From Octopus vulgaris (taxonomy: Eukaryota), in NCBI GenBank assembly GCA_951406725.2, contig OX597820.1, forward strand, positions 51,770,001-51,834,000: a stretch of DNA of 64,000 nt, in the 5' to 3' direction. Position numbers and translations under genes: made by a program. Positions 27,106-42,650 of the stretch are shown in pieces. The notes under the pieces are model-generated. The model had not been told where the DNA came from. It worked only from the letters and a program-made list of their open reading frames with translations, and did no database searches. Within the stretch, counting starts at the first letter, position 1. Each line of letters begins with the position of its first letter.

Positions 27106-27671
27106 TATATGTATGTATAGAACTATCACACGATAACCTATATAGGGGAAATATGTATAATTTTATTATTGAGTATGTATGTATGTATGTCTATGGGTGT
27201 TTATAAATGTATCTGCACAAAGGTTTGTCTCGTATGATGCATATCCATTTATTCGAAATACTATAATTAATTACTTGAAAAAATTGTTGATAATGATACA
27301 ATTAACAATCTTAAATAATAACCAATAAAGCCAATTATTATAGATAGGTGAACTAGAAAAAAATAAATGACTATTTTACTTTCAAGATATATAATTATTC
27401 ATGACATGCACCAGGAATGATTTGAGTCAATATGGAAACCAGTATCGTGTCACGCATAAATCCCATTCAGATGGTGCCTACATTTTAATTTCATTAATAT
27501 TTTATTTTGATAACTTAATAATGTTTTTTAATAACAGATTTTTGGAAAAGAACTCTAGGTGGTCACGATTGGTACGCTTTTTAACACGTGTTCGCTCCAT
27601 TAACTCTAATGTAAATTAAGGCTTTACAGTATTCAATAACATATAGTGAATGCTAACCACAATATTGAAGT

Positions 27672-28190
<519 letters not shown>

Positions 28191-29724
28191 CCGACTAGTT
28201 CTGTAATGTTTAAAGTAATATCTAAAATATATTTCTTTGGAAATTTCAGTCACATTTTACGCATATGTACACATATTATCATAAAGTATGTAGTTGGTCA
28301 GTTGTAATACAATAATTTATGTGCAAAGTGAAATAAAATGAAATACAATGCATTTCCAATCAACATAGTTATTGCACCCCTCTATTCCGTTATAGATACG
28401 GCTATGCCTATATTTCACATAAGTCATTAAATTTAATGAGTTCCCTCTTTAGCTGACCCTTGTTTTGCATGTTAGGTTACAGTTCATCTGTACTGAATAA
28501 CTAGCGTTCTTCTGTAGCGCATCTATATTTCATGCTAAGCATGGAATTCTATTACCAGCCATGGGTCAAGAGATGGCAACTGTTCAGAAATGAGAGTGTA
28601 CCATACATTTTGCAGCTCACAGCCGAAAATGTTCGCCTGGATTCTGCATCATGCCAGTATTTCAATATGAAATAGAGTATCTAGGATTGTCACTAATACG
28701 GCACCTGACGTAGAGAAATCTACCTTAAATAATATATGAGAGGATTATTTCGGGATTCAGCTCCGAGCTTTTAGCAGTAAAGCTCTACTATACCCTCCGT
28801 TAGCGAAAAATTAGGTGAGGTTTATCAACATGGCGGGAGCACTTAATCGGATATTATCAGTGACCGATTGAGTAAGATATTTGTATGCGCCCGCTGGTGC
28901 ACCCTTGTTCGCAATCTCTGCTATAATTAGGGTGCAAACGAAACAAAACATTAAGAGGAGTTAGAGATGTTTTTTTTTACAATTTAGTCAAGGTGCTAAC
29001 TAGTATCTCTCTAGAGAAGAATTCACATAATACCACCTCCACAAAATCACTCCAAAGATTTTCTGCAATGTACAACTAAATTTTCTTAACAAAATAATCC
29101 AAGAATACATTAAATGTTGAATATTTTCTTCCTTTCAGTTTCCTAATTGAAAGAATTCCATAACGGACTGGATTATAGAAATACGAACGCTTGGTATGCT
29201 TGATGCTGCATTCCCAGTGTTTCAAACTTTAATCGAACTGGATCTTGAATATAGGCTACTGTGTTTTCGTTTCGTTGTGCAAAGCAATTAGTAATTACCT
29301 TATGATGAGAAGGCATACACTTATCTGAAACTCAGTAATAGTATAACAGTTTATTAATTATTTCTATATACAGATGGTTGTGTAAAAATTTCTGAGACAG
29401 AGCAGCTATCATTTATTTAAATGTAATTATGTGTGTGAGTGTGTACCTATATGTGTATGTGTATATTCCAGATTGTGATACTTCGTAGTTTTCCATTGTG
29501 ATGTGATAGTCACTTTACAGATGAGGTGACCTAATAAAACAATTCACTTGGACTGATCATTGTTCGGTATCGATTAATTCTGATTCAATAATTCCTGTCA
29601 GAACTTTCAGCATATTCCACAACGAATATTCAAAATACGTATAAATGCATACGCAAATACATATAGCGACACATGTATACATGTTTGTATATACACCCAT
29701 AAACACAGACAGACAGACAGACAG

Positions 29725-29784
<60 letters not shown>

Positions 29785-29793
29785 TGAATATAC

Positions 29794-29878
<85 letters not shown>

Positions 29879-29898
29879 TTAATTTATTATATAGAAGG

Positions 29899-29949
29899 AG
29901 CTTCTACAGGACTAGTACTGTTTCATTCAAGAGAAATCTTCAGGAAGCT
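29899..29949 (-). ncRNA. type I hammerhead ribozyme
   Basis: Minus strand AGCUUC-CUGAAGA-U UUC ucuu GAA U-GAA-ACAG uacuaguc CUGU-A-GAAGCU: intact core, 6-bp stem I, 4-bp stem III, GUA cleavage triplet, U.U at the base of stem II. Confidence 0.75.
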
Positions 29950-29975
29950 GGTTAACCCCGAACCAACCCGGGACC

Positions 29976-30041
<66 letters not shown>

Positions 30042-31565
30042 TATATACATGTACATATATATGAATATATACTTATATATATATATATATATTTATATCT
30101 AACGATAATAATAAAACGCATAAATATATAGAAAGACATACAAACGCAGACAGCTAGAAAGAAAGACAGACAACCCACTCACATTCAAGCATACGTAAGT
30201 ATATGCATATAAATTTCATATTTTTGTCTATACAACATTGACAATCTAATCCTCTCAATGTTATTTTAATATTTCTATCTATTGAAACTTAATGTTATAT
30301 CGTTAACTTACAAATACTTTAAGACTTAAATAGATTTTTAAAGAATTAATTTCTTTTCACTGACAAGCTGTAATATAAATTTCCTTTAATTTCTGATAAT
30401 ATTTTGACAACAATGTCAGATTAAAAGCGTATGTTCGCACAGAAAATATCTTTTTTTATTTGTTCATTTTAATTTACGTGGAATAATTCTGCGATAAACT
30501 TTCTCATGTGCGAAATGTTTTCAATCTTTTCCTTCCGTACATTTTTTATTCTTAAATTTTAATCAAAGTAGATTCTATCGATTGAAATTTCTGATCGTCT
30601 TCAGTTATTTCTTCAGTTAATGAAAAATTGAAGCTATCATTGGATCACCACAAATATCAGTCAAGAGTAGTAAAAAATGGCTTCGTAAATAGAGTTTATC
30701 TTGTATGATCTTTAACACGTAGAAGTAGTCAACTGAAATTCAGAAATAACCATTCGGCTTGAAATAAACATCTGTTTGAAACGATTTCTGATAAGAAAAT
30801 AGTATAAAAATACCTAAAATTAACAAACAAATTTACGTATTTTTATATGGTTTTGCTTCTAGTTTTCACCACTTGTAGGCCATGTATGTAATAACTTTAT
30901 AATAAAGCTGAAACAACGTAAAATGTAGATCTGTTACGTGAACTTCATTATATTCATTATTTGTCACCGTGTTAGAAACTTATTGAATTTTTAACATTTC
31001 TACATATATGCCGATATTTTTTGGAAATGATTGCTCGCAGTCTCATACTAAAGATTTTTTCATCAGTATCGGTCAGAAACATTTTAATCTACTACACCGA
31101 ATTATCTTAAATACTTCCTGAAGGGACTGGTTTTAAAGCTGGTGATTTTAGGAGAGGAGAATGACTATAATAATGTGTAGTAAGTTAATGATGAGTATGG
31201 TATAGTATAATTTCACTTCTGATTCGTATTTTCCCATAACACATTATTGTAATTTTATATCGTAGCAGAGGTGTTATTAAAAATGAATAGATTTTGAAAA
31301 TACATTCTTAGCGAGTTAAGCAGACTGTATATCCGCTACGTGTTATTATTTTAATAGTTTCGATTAAGAGTGCGGAGCAGTAATGATAAGTGTTTTAATG
31401 TATATGTATCCAAACTTTCTATTCGATAATATCTTTATCGAACTAAATGGTGACAGCTTTCAAACCCCTTTTACAATTACAACCGAAATAATACGTTTCG
31501 GTTGTAATTGAAAACTGATATAAATAACGTAGTGTTGTTCAACATAAACACCAGTATATACATAA

Positions 31566-31633
<68 letters not shown>

Positions 31634-33514
31634 TTTCTGCTGCTTTTAAATAACGCATATTACTCTACCTCTGGTATTATTTTACAGATTATACACCTCT
31701 GTGATTATGACCGAATATGTAGTTATTCATAGTATTCAACAGCCTTCAAATGGTCATTCAAAGACATAGATTTCTTTCTTTAAACTTCCATATAAGTGAT
31801 ACACGCAGATCATATTTCCAACAAAATCCGTTCATATTACTATTTCAGCTGCACACCCTTTTTTTCTATATATGTACATATATACGTGTGTGTATGTCTT
31901 TGTGTGTGTGTGTTCGTGCGGGCACGCTTTGGGCTTGTGCGTGTTTGAGTTTAAGTCATTCAACTTCCATGTTACCTACATTTAACAACATTTGTTGAAA
32001 CTCCGATTTCTCTGCACATAAAAAAAATATTGTTTCTCTATGTTTAATATGTTTTTTCAGTTTCCTACTCATCAATTTTTAAAAGTGTTTATTTCCAATT
32101 CGAATGAATATTTCTTTAGCAGATTCCACTTCTCTTCTGTGTCATATGTTTCTTTGATTATTACTATGTTGAATTTTTGCCTCAATCAATTCTTTTTTTG
32201 TCGTTATTTGTATGATCAGCATTTTCTCACATGCTCTACAGCAGAATCTTATAACAAATTTAGAAAACGCATTCATCAACCACTGGATGAGTTGAATATG
32301 TAAATAAAATTCCTCTCCCAGAAAAACAAACAAAAGAATGAATGTATTCTATACACGTGAGTGAATAGCAGAGAACTTAATATAAAAATTAAAATACATT
32401 CTGCAGTGAGTTATTCATTATTCATAATTAAAGATGGAAATATTAAAAATGTTAATGGAAGTTATTTTAAAAGATCTACCACAACCAACAGTATTTTTTT
32501 ACAGTTTTCATTTTTTTTGTCAGTTGTTTCTTTATATTTTACAGTTTCTTTTCCATTTAGCTCTTAAGATTATTGCTAGCACAGGAAAGAATATTGCAAC
32601 GCGGCGAAAAAGGTGAATGGTTCATCATCAATTCAATATAATATCCGTTATTTGTAATATAATTCACAGTAGGTTATGTGCAGGGTGAGGTGTCACCCAG
32701 TATGAATCTGGGAAAGGTTTTGGAGCAATAATTCATCGTTGCGGGCTTCTCTCATACATTATAAATTATAAGATCTCAGAATACTACTGCATAGTTTTAA
32801 GTTAGTAACATCCGTAATGTGCAGAAGAAGATCGTCACCATTCTAGCCAAAGAAAAAAAGAAAACTATAAACATTATATAAATGGAAAACAAGTTAACTT
32901 GGTATAAATCTTAGTCTAGCGGTGCGTTAGCTCAATAATGGCCAACAGTTGATGAATTCGAGGGCTGTGTTAATTCCCTCGCTGACCTGTCGCACGTAGA
33001 TATATAGATGGATTGTAACGTGTGTAAATCAATGGATTCGTTACTCTAACTCGATGGATAAATTCAAGGGGTTAATAAAATATTATACAACGCTAAGATC
33101 AGTCTTATATAACGAAATTCGAATATATCTAAGGTGAACATATGTGCACAGAGAAACATGCACGCATACACACGCACACACGCTAAATTCTTTTCATAAA
33201 AATCCATCATGTTATGAACACGTTCAAAAATATATATGCTTCTTTGTTTCAATTCGTTGCCAATGACAGATACACTCTTATAATATAGAAAATACAGAAA
33301 GTTATGCAATAAAATTTAACCGAAATATTTAAGACTCAACTAAGTTATTTCTAGATATAAAATGAATACATTCGAGTGGTACATTAACAACGGTTTACAG
33401 TAAATGTACAGTGAGATGAAAGCATATCTATATATCAAAATGTATGTATATATGCATATATACATACATAAATATATATATATATTTATATTTATATGTG
33501 TATGTATATATATG

Positions 33515-33720
33515 TATCTTATGGTGTAAATAGCAACTTCGTTCTGTCTGAGTGTCTGTCTGTCTGTTACCATTATGCAGCCCAAACTAGAGAACCAATC
33601 TTCACCAACGTTTCTATACATGTTGAACTAACATCATGTTCTACTATAGTCTTATTGAATTTCAATACTTGTCGATAATGGACCGACTACGGGGCTTGGG
33701 CTATTATTACATGATAAAAT
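33515..33720 (+). mobile_element. Helitron/Helentron-like non-autonomous fragment
   Basis: GTCTGTCTGTCTG followed by CCCAAACTAGAGAACCAATCTTCACCAA, the pattern of DINE/Helitron-N 5' regions. Confidence 0.35.
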
Positions 33721-34490
33721 GAGAGGTGTTCATAAGTGTTAGACTTAGGGAAATGTGGTATAATGAGGGTGGCTTATATCAGCAAAGCAGAGTAGACCGG
33801 AAGAGATAGACACACCGAGAATTTGAAAGACAGACACAATGAAAGACAATCAGGGACACTTCCATATATATAAAAAATATTTTATATGTGAACACGTGTG
33901 TGTGTGTGTGTGTGTGAGTTTATATGTGTGTGTGTGGATGCGCCCGCGTATCTTCCTATTCGAAAACTGAGTTTCCAATTTTTACGTATAGGTTATCAAA
34001 AGGTTTAGTAATTTTACGGCTATTAAATAAACTTTATTTTCATTTAGATATTTGCATTACAAGAATTTTACGTTGCAATTTTTTCTATTAGTCAAGTAAT
34101 AAACATTTTATGCCACAACGAAAACGATGGCAACGTCACAGTTTCTACATAGGTGTCTACCTTAAAAGACATCGATTTCTCTATGTTATGACGAAATACA
34201 GTCAATCAATCGCTCTCTCTCACACGCATACACACACGAACATATATATAGAAAAATGATGTATGTATATATATTTATTTATGTGCATATGAATGCCACT
34301 TACGCATACATGACAACACACACATTCACTTACTCACTCTCACTCACATCTCTCACGCATATGCACACATACAAACTCACACAAACACACATACACGTTC
34401 ATTTCATATACACGCACATACATCTTTCACTTTCTCTTGAGTTGCTAAACACTGGTACTAATTATTAATTATCAATTTAATAATTGTGCC

Positions 34491-34527
<37 letters not shown>

Positions 34528-35115
34528 AGGGTGAATACTTGATAAGTGTAAGCACCTGTATACGCTAGCTAGTAGCAGAGGTGAGAGGGTATATGTATCA
34601 AAAGAAATCAAAAACAGAACACAAAGGACGTCGCGGTACACGGGTTTCAAGCTTAATAAACGACCTATTCTTACATCATTGTATAATCGACATAAAGGAT
34701 GGTTTAAAGCTCTCTTCAGCCGCATGCAATTGTTATACCAAATATTTACATCACATTATGAAAAATCCGAAAGGTACATTTGGTGTTACCCATAATGATA
34801 GGTATATCAAGTCTCCCTGAAAAAGTATGTTTGTAAACCTTCATAACCAAATAGGTGTGTAGGGTATCATTGGTCTTCGAAAATCTGCCCATACTGTATC
34901 ACCAGTCAACATAGAGTGAATGTTTTAAGATTTCACTATATCCAATTTATCATAGAGTAATTACTAGGAATTATATTACGGAAGGTTTTACAGGCAGTAG
35001 CACAGACACTTATACTGACATAGACACAAATGCATATGCGCATATGCTTATATACATACATATATGCTCACGTACACACATACGCACACACACATACATA
35101 TACATGCATGCTTAC

Positions 35116-35149
<34 letters not shown>

Positions 35150-36389
35150 AGAGAGATAAATAGATGGAGACAGACGGAGGGAGAAAGAGAGACAGGGAGA
35201 GAGGTACAGTGATGAAATATTTCAAACTGGAGGGTAATGGAGAAATTGAGAAAAAAATTGTGAAGGCATTATGTATATTTGATATGTGCTTGTAAATTGT
35301 TTACATTTGTCGTTTATCGTTTATTTAATTTTTTCAACAAAAGATATAACATCTGAAGAAACACATTGACTGCTGAAAACAATAATTTTTACTTTCATAT
35401 GTAAACTGGTAGTGTCTCAGCATGGCTGCAACCTCAAAGATGAAATATAAAAAAGAATAAAAGAACAATCATTAGTCTTACTCCAATGGGATACTGATAA
35501 ACTTTCATAAGCCCAAAAACATTATATTAGTCTGAAATAGAACTATTCCTGTAGTCCTATGTTTAACCTATTTAAACGGTAGTGTGCACCTGTTCAATCA
35601 GTACGCATCTGTTTCCAGCTATTCCGTTTCTTCAATGATATCGATACCTACATGATTCATAATATTTACTCATCGCCTCAAAATTCCAAAGAAGCCCACT
35701 ATCCTTAGCAAAGACTTCAGCCTCACTCAGCACTCACCCTTGTTACCAGAAAGTGCTTCTGTTCTCTGTGACACTGTACTTTGCTTAATTTAACATACTA
35801 TCTTCGTTCTCACTTGTGACATTCTGCGAAAGTAATATTGTATCATTCAACATTAATAAATCGGTCTACGATGCCAAGAAAGTTGACGTCTGTCAACAAG
35901 GTATTGGTAATTTCCTGTTAATCCATTCTATTACAGCCTTTGTTGACATGTTCCTTTTTCTTTTTGTCTCTATCCCTCGAGCGCACAAATTATTAATTCC
36001 AGTTTGACTCATTTCAGTGATAATATATCATTATATTTGTATATGAGCTACATTTCCTATATGCACGGGACATTGCAAACGCTCGGATGTGTGTGATACT
36101 GTCCAAAAAATCTCCTTAATCCTTCTTCTTATATACTTCGTACGAAGTCACACTCGTTACTACAAGCATGAAAATTCAATTGCGTAATGGCAGTTTCAGA
36201 AAATATCCATCATCATAAGACGACGTATTTCTTCGATTACATGCACACTTACATACATACCTCAGTTTGTATGAACATATATATGTATGCACGGTGTGTA
36301 CGTACAAGCATGAATGCATACAAAGATCATCATGTGCATGCGTGTAAGTAAGTGAGTGTTTGAAGCTGGACTGCTGCTAGCTGAAGCTG

Positions 36390-36620
36390 CTGAAGGCATG
36401 AGGCTTTTCACAAATATGACACCATCGTTATGAACAGTATTCATAAATGGAGGTTGTCTAGACAAGTGGAAACCACCATTGAAAACAGACCATGCTGTGG
36501 AACTATCTGTATGCATCATCTGCGACTCTGAGAAATAATTCTTGAGGACAAATGAACAACAGTCCGTGAGTTTACTGGGAAACTAGACGTTTACGATGAA
36601 TATTGAAGATGTGGAGATAG
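36390..36620 (+). pseudogene. highly decayed mariner HTH fragment
   Basis: EAFHKY..SIHKWRLSRQVETTIENRPCCG..ILEDK*TTVREFTGKL resembles the mariner N-terminus. Confidence 0.4.
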
Positions 36621-36988
36621 TAAATTTATCGGAGAATGAGTGTAAAATTCGTCCCTTACCAGTAGAGACCAGATATGTAGGAGAGAAATGTGGAAATTTG
36701 CACTGGTTTACTACAAGTATTTCAAATAGTTACATATAACATTTTCTCTGATCAGAGATGAAGAGTAATCGTATGTTTATGATTCGGGGACGTAGGTTTA
36801 TTACATCCTCTCCACTTTCTTATTTGGCGTATAAATCAAGGGTAAACCACTTTTACCCCTGCGCATATATAACACTCAATTGCGAGGTTGCCACGCAATA
36901 ACTTGCACTTGAATTATTGGGTACACTACCCGCAGTATATTGGATAAGTACTATCCTTTGGTTGGTTTCTCAACATCTAACTCACACA

Positions 36989-37059
<71 letters not shown>

Positions 37060-38060
37060 GACGGAGGGGTTATTTTAATGCTATATTCAGTGTGCATGCA
37101 ATTGTAAAGCGATGTGTATGTCATTCCAAAAGAACATAGCTCTAAAGCTATTACTCTTTTAAATATAGTATGCAGTGTCTGATTGAGTTTTGGAATTGCT
37201 GGCACACGGACGCACAGTGCTGAATTTGCTGAACTTCCAATATATTCGTACATTAAAAACATGTGAGTTTTACTAATTCGTATTTAATTGTATTCATTGT
37301 CAGATCTTCTCGAGCGTGCTTATGGTAAAAAAGAAAATTCCAGCTGAGAAAATTTCAATTATTGTAGGCATATCTCTAACCATATTATCCAATGTAGAAT
37401 TTCCCGGTCTAAGACTGTAAGGTGTGATTTACGATGAGATTTCGCTGTCATTTTTCGCGAAGACGAGGTGCTTTCTTGTTGTTGTTGCTCTCCGTCTTCG
37501 TTAGTGATGACGATGTCAGAAATGTAGGTTCTATTTTTGACAGAAAGGAGTAGATGTAGTGTGTGTGATAATTAGCTAAAATTCTAGTTTTAAAGATGTT
37601 TGTACTTCTAGTTGTTTCTGTGTCTGTATTTATTTGAATTTATATCAGAATGTGCAAATATATGAAAACATTCTTTGTGCAGGTATGGGCTATGAAACTT
37701 TGTACGACTGGAGGTCCTTGTACACCTTCCTAGGATTATTATATCTCATGTAGGTTTCTAGTATAAATATTGCTTACTTATTTCAATATTTTTTCATATC
37801 ACTTTTTTGATTATATATTTCGCCATTGCTTTGGGTTGTTTCATTCGTCTTTCAGATAATAAACTTTCACATAATAAACTTATCATAACTTTACATTTAC
37901 GTTGCAATCTCCCTTAAATCAGCACACAAAATCACAAACCTATATTATATATCCATGTATATACACACATTTACACATGCACTCACATAGACATTCAAAC
38001 ACACTCACACACTCATACGGACGCACACAAACGCTCATAAATACACACACACACACACAG

Positions 38061-38177
<117 letters not shown>

Positions 38178-38578
38178 TCCTTAATCACATTTAGTGACGG
38201 TTGACTTTTTCCTTTCTGGTTCTAAATAGCGCCTAGCCACCTAAATCATTTCATAATTTTCACATTACCATTTTACTGAATCAGCCATTGATTCCTATTG
38301 TAAATGCTGCATATACTAAAACGTGGAATTCAGCTGCACCACAAGCAATCCACTAGTCCACCGATAAGTATTAATGCCATGACCATCTGATGAGCTCACT
38401 CACTGTGAGGGGACTGTCTCCGTTGTTAGTACTTACACCTTTTACCTGATCGCGGCTAAAGAGATTGTGACACTTGTTTCTATCTACGATGTTGCTGGCC
38501 TGTATCCTTAGTTACTTTTAGTGACTTTTAAATTTTTCCTTTCTGGTTTTAAATTGCGTCTAGCCATCTAAATCATTA

Positions 38579-38609
<31 letters not shown>

Positions 38610-38618
38610 TCAGGCGGC

Positions 38619-38917
38619 ATTCAGAACACTATAAATTCTCCACTGATCAACTGTACTTTATGCCTTCATGACTGAAATATGGCAGACACCTACTGCGGTT
38701 CATTAACTTTCCCGGCAGTCATTTTCCTTTATTTGAATAGACGATCTTTATTGACGTATAACGTTGACGGTGAATAAGTGTATGCATGTATCAGCCACCC
38801 TCTCATCATATCCGAACTTTTGCAGATTCTACCTGTCTTCTCTCATCACCCCAAGATTCTACTGGACTTTCTACACTTCAGCTGCACCTTTTCTGTCTAT
38901 GGATTACACTGGACTCC

Positions 38918-38992
<75 letters not shown>

Positions 38993-39647
38993 TATACATG
39001 TGTGTATACATTTCTGAAATTCACTGGCTTGATTCTGTTCTTATTTCTGCCATCATTTCTTCTCTTTTCTTCTATTGGCCTTGTTTTCAACATTAAATCT
39101 GTATATGTTGATATGTCTGTCGCTATTTTATTCAATTACATATGTACACATTTACACTTACATGACTGTATTTTTACGAAACTAAATCTCCATAACCTAT
39201 GGCGTACTAACTGTCTAACCTTCAGCAATATATTTTCCTTTTAACTCACTGAATCTTTTTTAATGACGATCCGTTTTTTTTTTATTTCGTTCTCCCATTG
39301 TTTCACACAATCCATATCACCATGTTCTTTTATCAGCCATTCTACTTCCATTTAATTCGGGTGTATTTATCTCTCAACATACAGCTCTCTGTTACTCACT
39401 GCCGCTTTCGTCATTTCTCCATTTAACCTTGTATGTATTTCATTGTATATTGCCCCACCCCACCTTTTTTCCTATTCAGAACACTATAAATTCTTCACTG
39501 ATTAACCGTACTTTGTGCCTTCATGACTGAAATATTGCAGACACCTACTGCGGTTCATTAACTTTCCCGGCAGTGATTTTGCTTTATTTGAATACACGAT
39601 ATTTATTGACTTATAACGTTGAAGTTGAATAAGTATATGCATGTATC
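38619..39647. repeat. 174-bp direct repeats (38619-38792, 39474-39647) flanking ~680 bp non-coding DNA
   Basis: Manual alignment is ungapped with ~13 mismatches. Confidence 0.85.
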
Positions 39648-41339
39648 GGACACATGCACAGCAAAAATATATATATATGAGACTCTAAGTGTGAATCTAT
39701 GCTTAAATATGTGTGAGAATATAAGCTTAGGAGTATTGTCATTAGTTGCGTATGTTTGTTCGGAAACATACCTAAATATATGTGTGATGTTGCGTAGGGC
39801 GAAAGTGCCAGCGAGTGTATTGGAGCGATTCTAATGCACAGTTAGCCAGATTCAGAACTTATAAATGCAATATTGAAGGAAAAATGGAAGCATGAATGCA
39901 ATGTACAATTCACAAATGTCGGCGTTTCTCAGATAACAGAGTATTCGGCAAAACTGAAGAGGTCTTTTCAATTCAACCAGAATATGAAAATTCTAATTCC
40001 TTTCAGTAATCTTTTGAATTGTGGTGCCATTTATGATTCATATGCCACGATAATTAGGATTCAATATTTCAAAGTATCAGAATGGGATATTTGAAAAAGT
40101 ACAGGATAAATAAAAATTGAACTCACATTCGCTATGTTTGTTAATATCCGTTCTTATGAGTTTTGTATCAATAAGTACGTCAGTATTTTGCATAAGAGAG
40201 GAAATCTACTTAAATACTGCACCTTTGATTTAGAAGCGCAGATGAATACAGACAGCAGCCCTCAATTCTACATAACTTTGGCAACGCAAGTCTGACACTT
40301 CAATCTAAATATATTACATAGAACATTTATGGAGTTTGGAAAGGATTAAGAGAAACGTTCACAGCACAAAAAAAATAGTGGTTGTTAGCAAACAGTTGTT
40401 AAAAAGTTGAGTGGATAGTTTTGGTTGACAGAAACATGAGGTGCTTCGCTTTATCAACTCCTTATATAAATCACTTCATTAACTGTGAAGAGTAAATGAA
40501 ATATGCCTAGACCACACTATCTCTTCAAATATACTATAGTATGCACATATGCCATCGTTGAATTTGTTGCTACTCTAAAGCAGCTCTCAGGTAGGCAAAC
40601 TACGTATCAAAAAGAGAAAAACAGAATTTCCGCAAATAAGAAACCAAGAATTGGGTTGGTCATTGTTGAAAGACCATCCTGCATTTCTTGCTCAATTCAT
40701 CTGCTTATAATGTGGTACGTTGAACGTGTAGTATCTTGCATATTGTATCTTGTATCTTGTATGTTGTATATTGTATACTTTGAGGTAATCGAGGCAGTGT
40801 AGCACTTGATGCACTAATCCTATATCAGCACCCATTATTTGTTCTTCCAACACAATGACAAATAAGATTCCTTGCGGAACTATCGACCTTCAGTTCGTAT
40901 TCATGCTGGCCTAACGCTTTCAGCAGCATCTTATCCTGCCAAAGATGTCAAACAGAGATGAATAACAAGAATCATAGGAGTTTATTATATGTGTGTGTGC
41001 GTGCACGAGTGTGTATGTACGTATGCATGTTTATATGCATGCATGTACAAATATATGTATGCTTGCTCAACCAAAGTAAGAAAAAAGAAACATTGAAATT
41101 TTGATCGGGGAGAGTTTTATCCCATAACATGACCCGATAAAGATGATTCCAATAGTAGTTACAACTTGCGTCTTATAGTTATGCTTCAAAGCGTGCAGAT
41201 ATGCAGCAGAACTGAATAGTCATCTAAGTGATCATGGAGAGAAAATCACAAGTGCGATTCACAAAGAGAAAGCAGAAGGAAACAGCAAATATCTGAAAAA
41301 TGGAGCAATTAACACACACACACACATACACACAGACAC

Positions 41340-41381
<42 letters not shown>

Positions 41382-41399
41382 TCCCCCACTAAAGTATTA

Positions 41400-42650
41400 G
41401 TTAACGCTCAGGGAACTGAAAGTAATATGGTCTAGCGTTTTGAGCAACGCCCACCTTCAGAAGGTATATATATATATATATATATATATCTTTAAATATA
41501 TATATATGGTGGATATGTTAATTGATGAACTGAACGCTATTAAGTTTAAAAAACAAACATCAGAGGAGATAACGTGAAATGTAGCCTATAGAAAGAGGAG
41601 GGGTAAAGGAAAGAAAAAATCAGAAAGCAAATAGATGAAAAGTATTGGAAAGATATGCACATTAAATAGAACCCTAAAGTCTTGGAAAAAATATACATCT
41701 AGTGAAAGTGAAATGTAAGAAGAAAATCAATGTTTAAATTATATATAATGATAGATATCATTTATATCAATTGAAGGTGTGTTTCTCCCAATGTTTACAT
41801 CGGTAAGCACGCTCTATAATCGTGTTTACAAGGGGACTTGCAAGAAAATTTCTGCATTACAGAGAAAACGGAATTCCTTGCCTTTATCATAAGGGAACGA
41901 AAGTTAAAGAATCAAACAATCTAAATTAAATTGTTTATTATGGTCTTTTAGTTACCAAATCAATTACTAAGCCCTGTACTGTTACGTTTATTCTTATTCC
42001 TAAATGTAGATTAATGATTAGAAATTCTTTTAGATAACTGAGAAGAGCTACCTATATAAAAAAGACATCAGTACCTGAAGTAATTTTACAGTGGTATATA
42101 GAATTTTTAATTTTAGAGTTACTTGACATAAACTTAAATATGTTGGAACCTTGTTATTAATATTCCTAGGCGGGTTGATTGTATTAGCTAAATTAATGTT
42201 ACTATTAGTAAATTTATTCATATTTAACAGGCTAATATTATGTGAAGAGTAAATTTATAAGAGATTTTTTTGTGTTGGAAAAACCAATCGTAACAATGTG
42301 CGATTTGATAATAGAATAAAACCCAGATTTCTTTGGAAATTGCAACGGAAGATTAGATTTAATTTGTTTCCCAGAAGGAATAATAAACCAAATAGTTTTA
42401 CTATTAGTTGCCTTATCTGTAATGTAACTATCTTTAAAAGACACCGATTTGATTTACATTTAGAATGAAAATAGGGGGTTAAATAAGGGTTGTAAAATTC
42501 GGCCTCATCTTTGAAAATGTCAACATTAGCAGCAGATAGCTTAGACAATCTAAAAGAAATAATCTTAACTAAGTTCCTAGTGATTGCCCGTGAATGATTA
42601 CTGAATTGGTTAATATTCTTAAGATTGGTCGATGGTTTGTGGTATATGTG
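41400..42650 (-). mobile_element. decayed Penelope-like element (thumb, linker, GIY-YIG, 3' region)
   Basis: LSKLSAANVDIFKDEAEFYNPYL, SKTIWFIIP, IGFSNTK, NSIYHCKI..YIGSS. Degenerate hammerhead-like CTGAAGGTGGGCGTTGCTCAAAACG at ~41436-41460. Confidence 0.6.
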
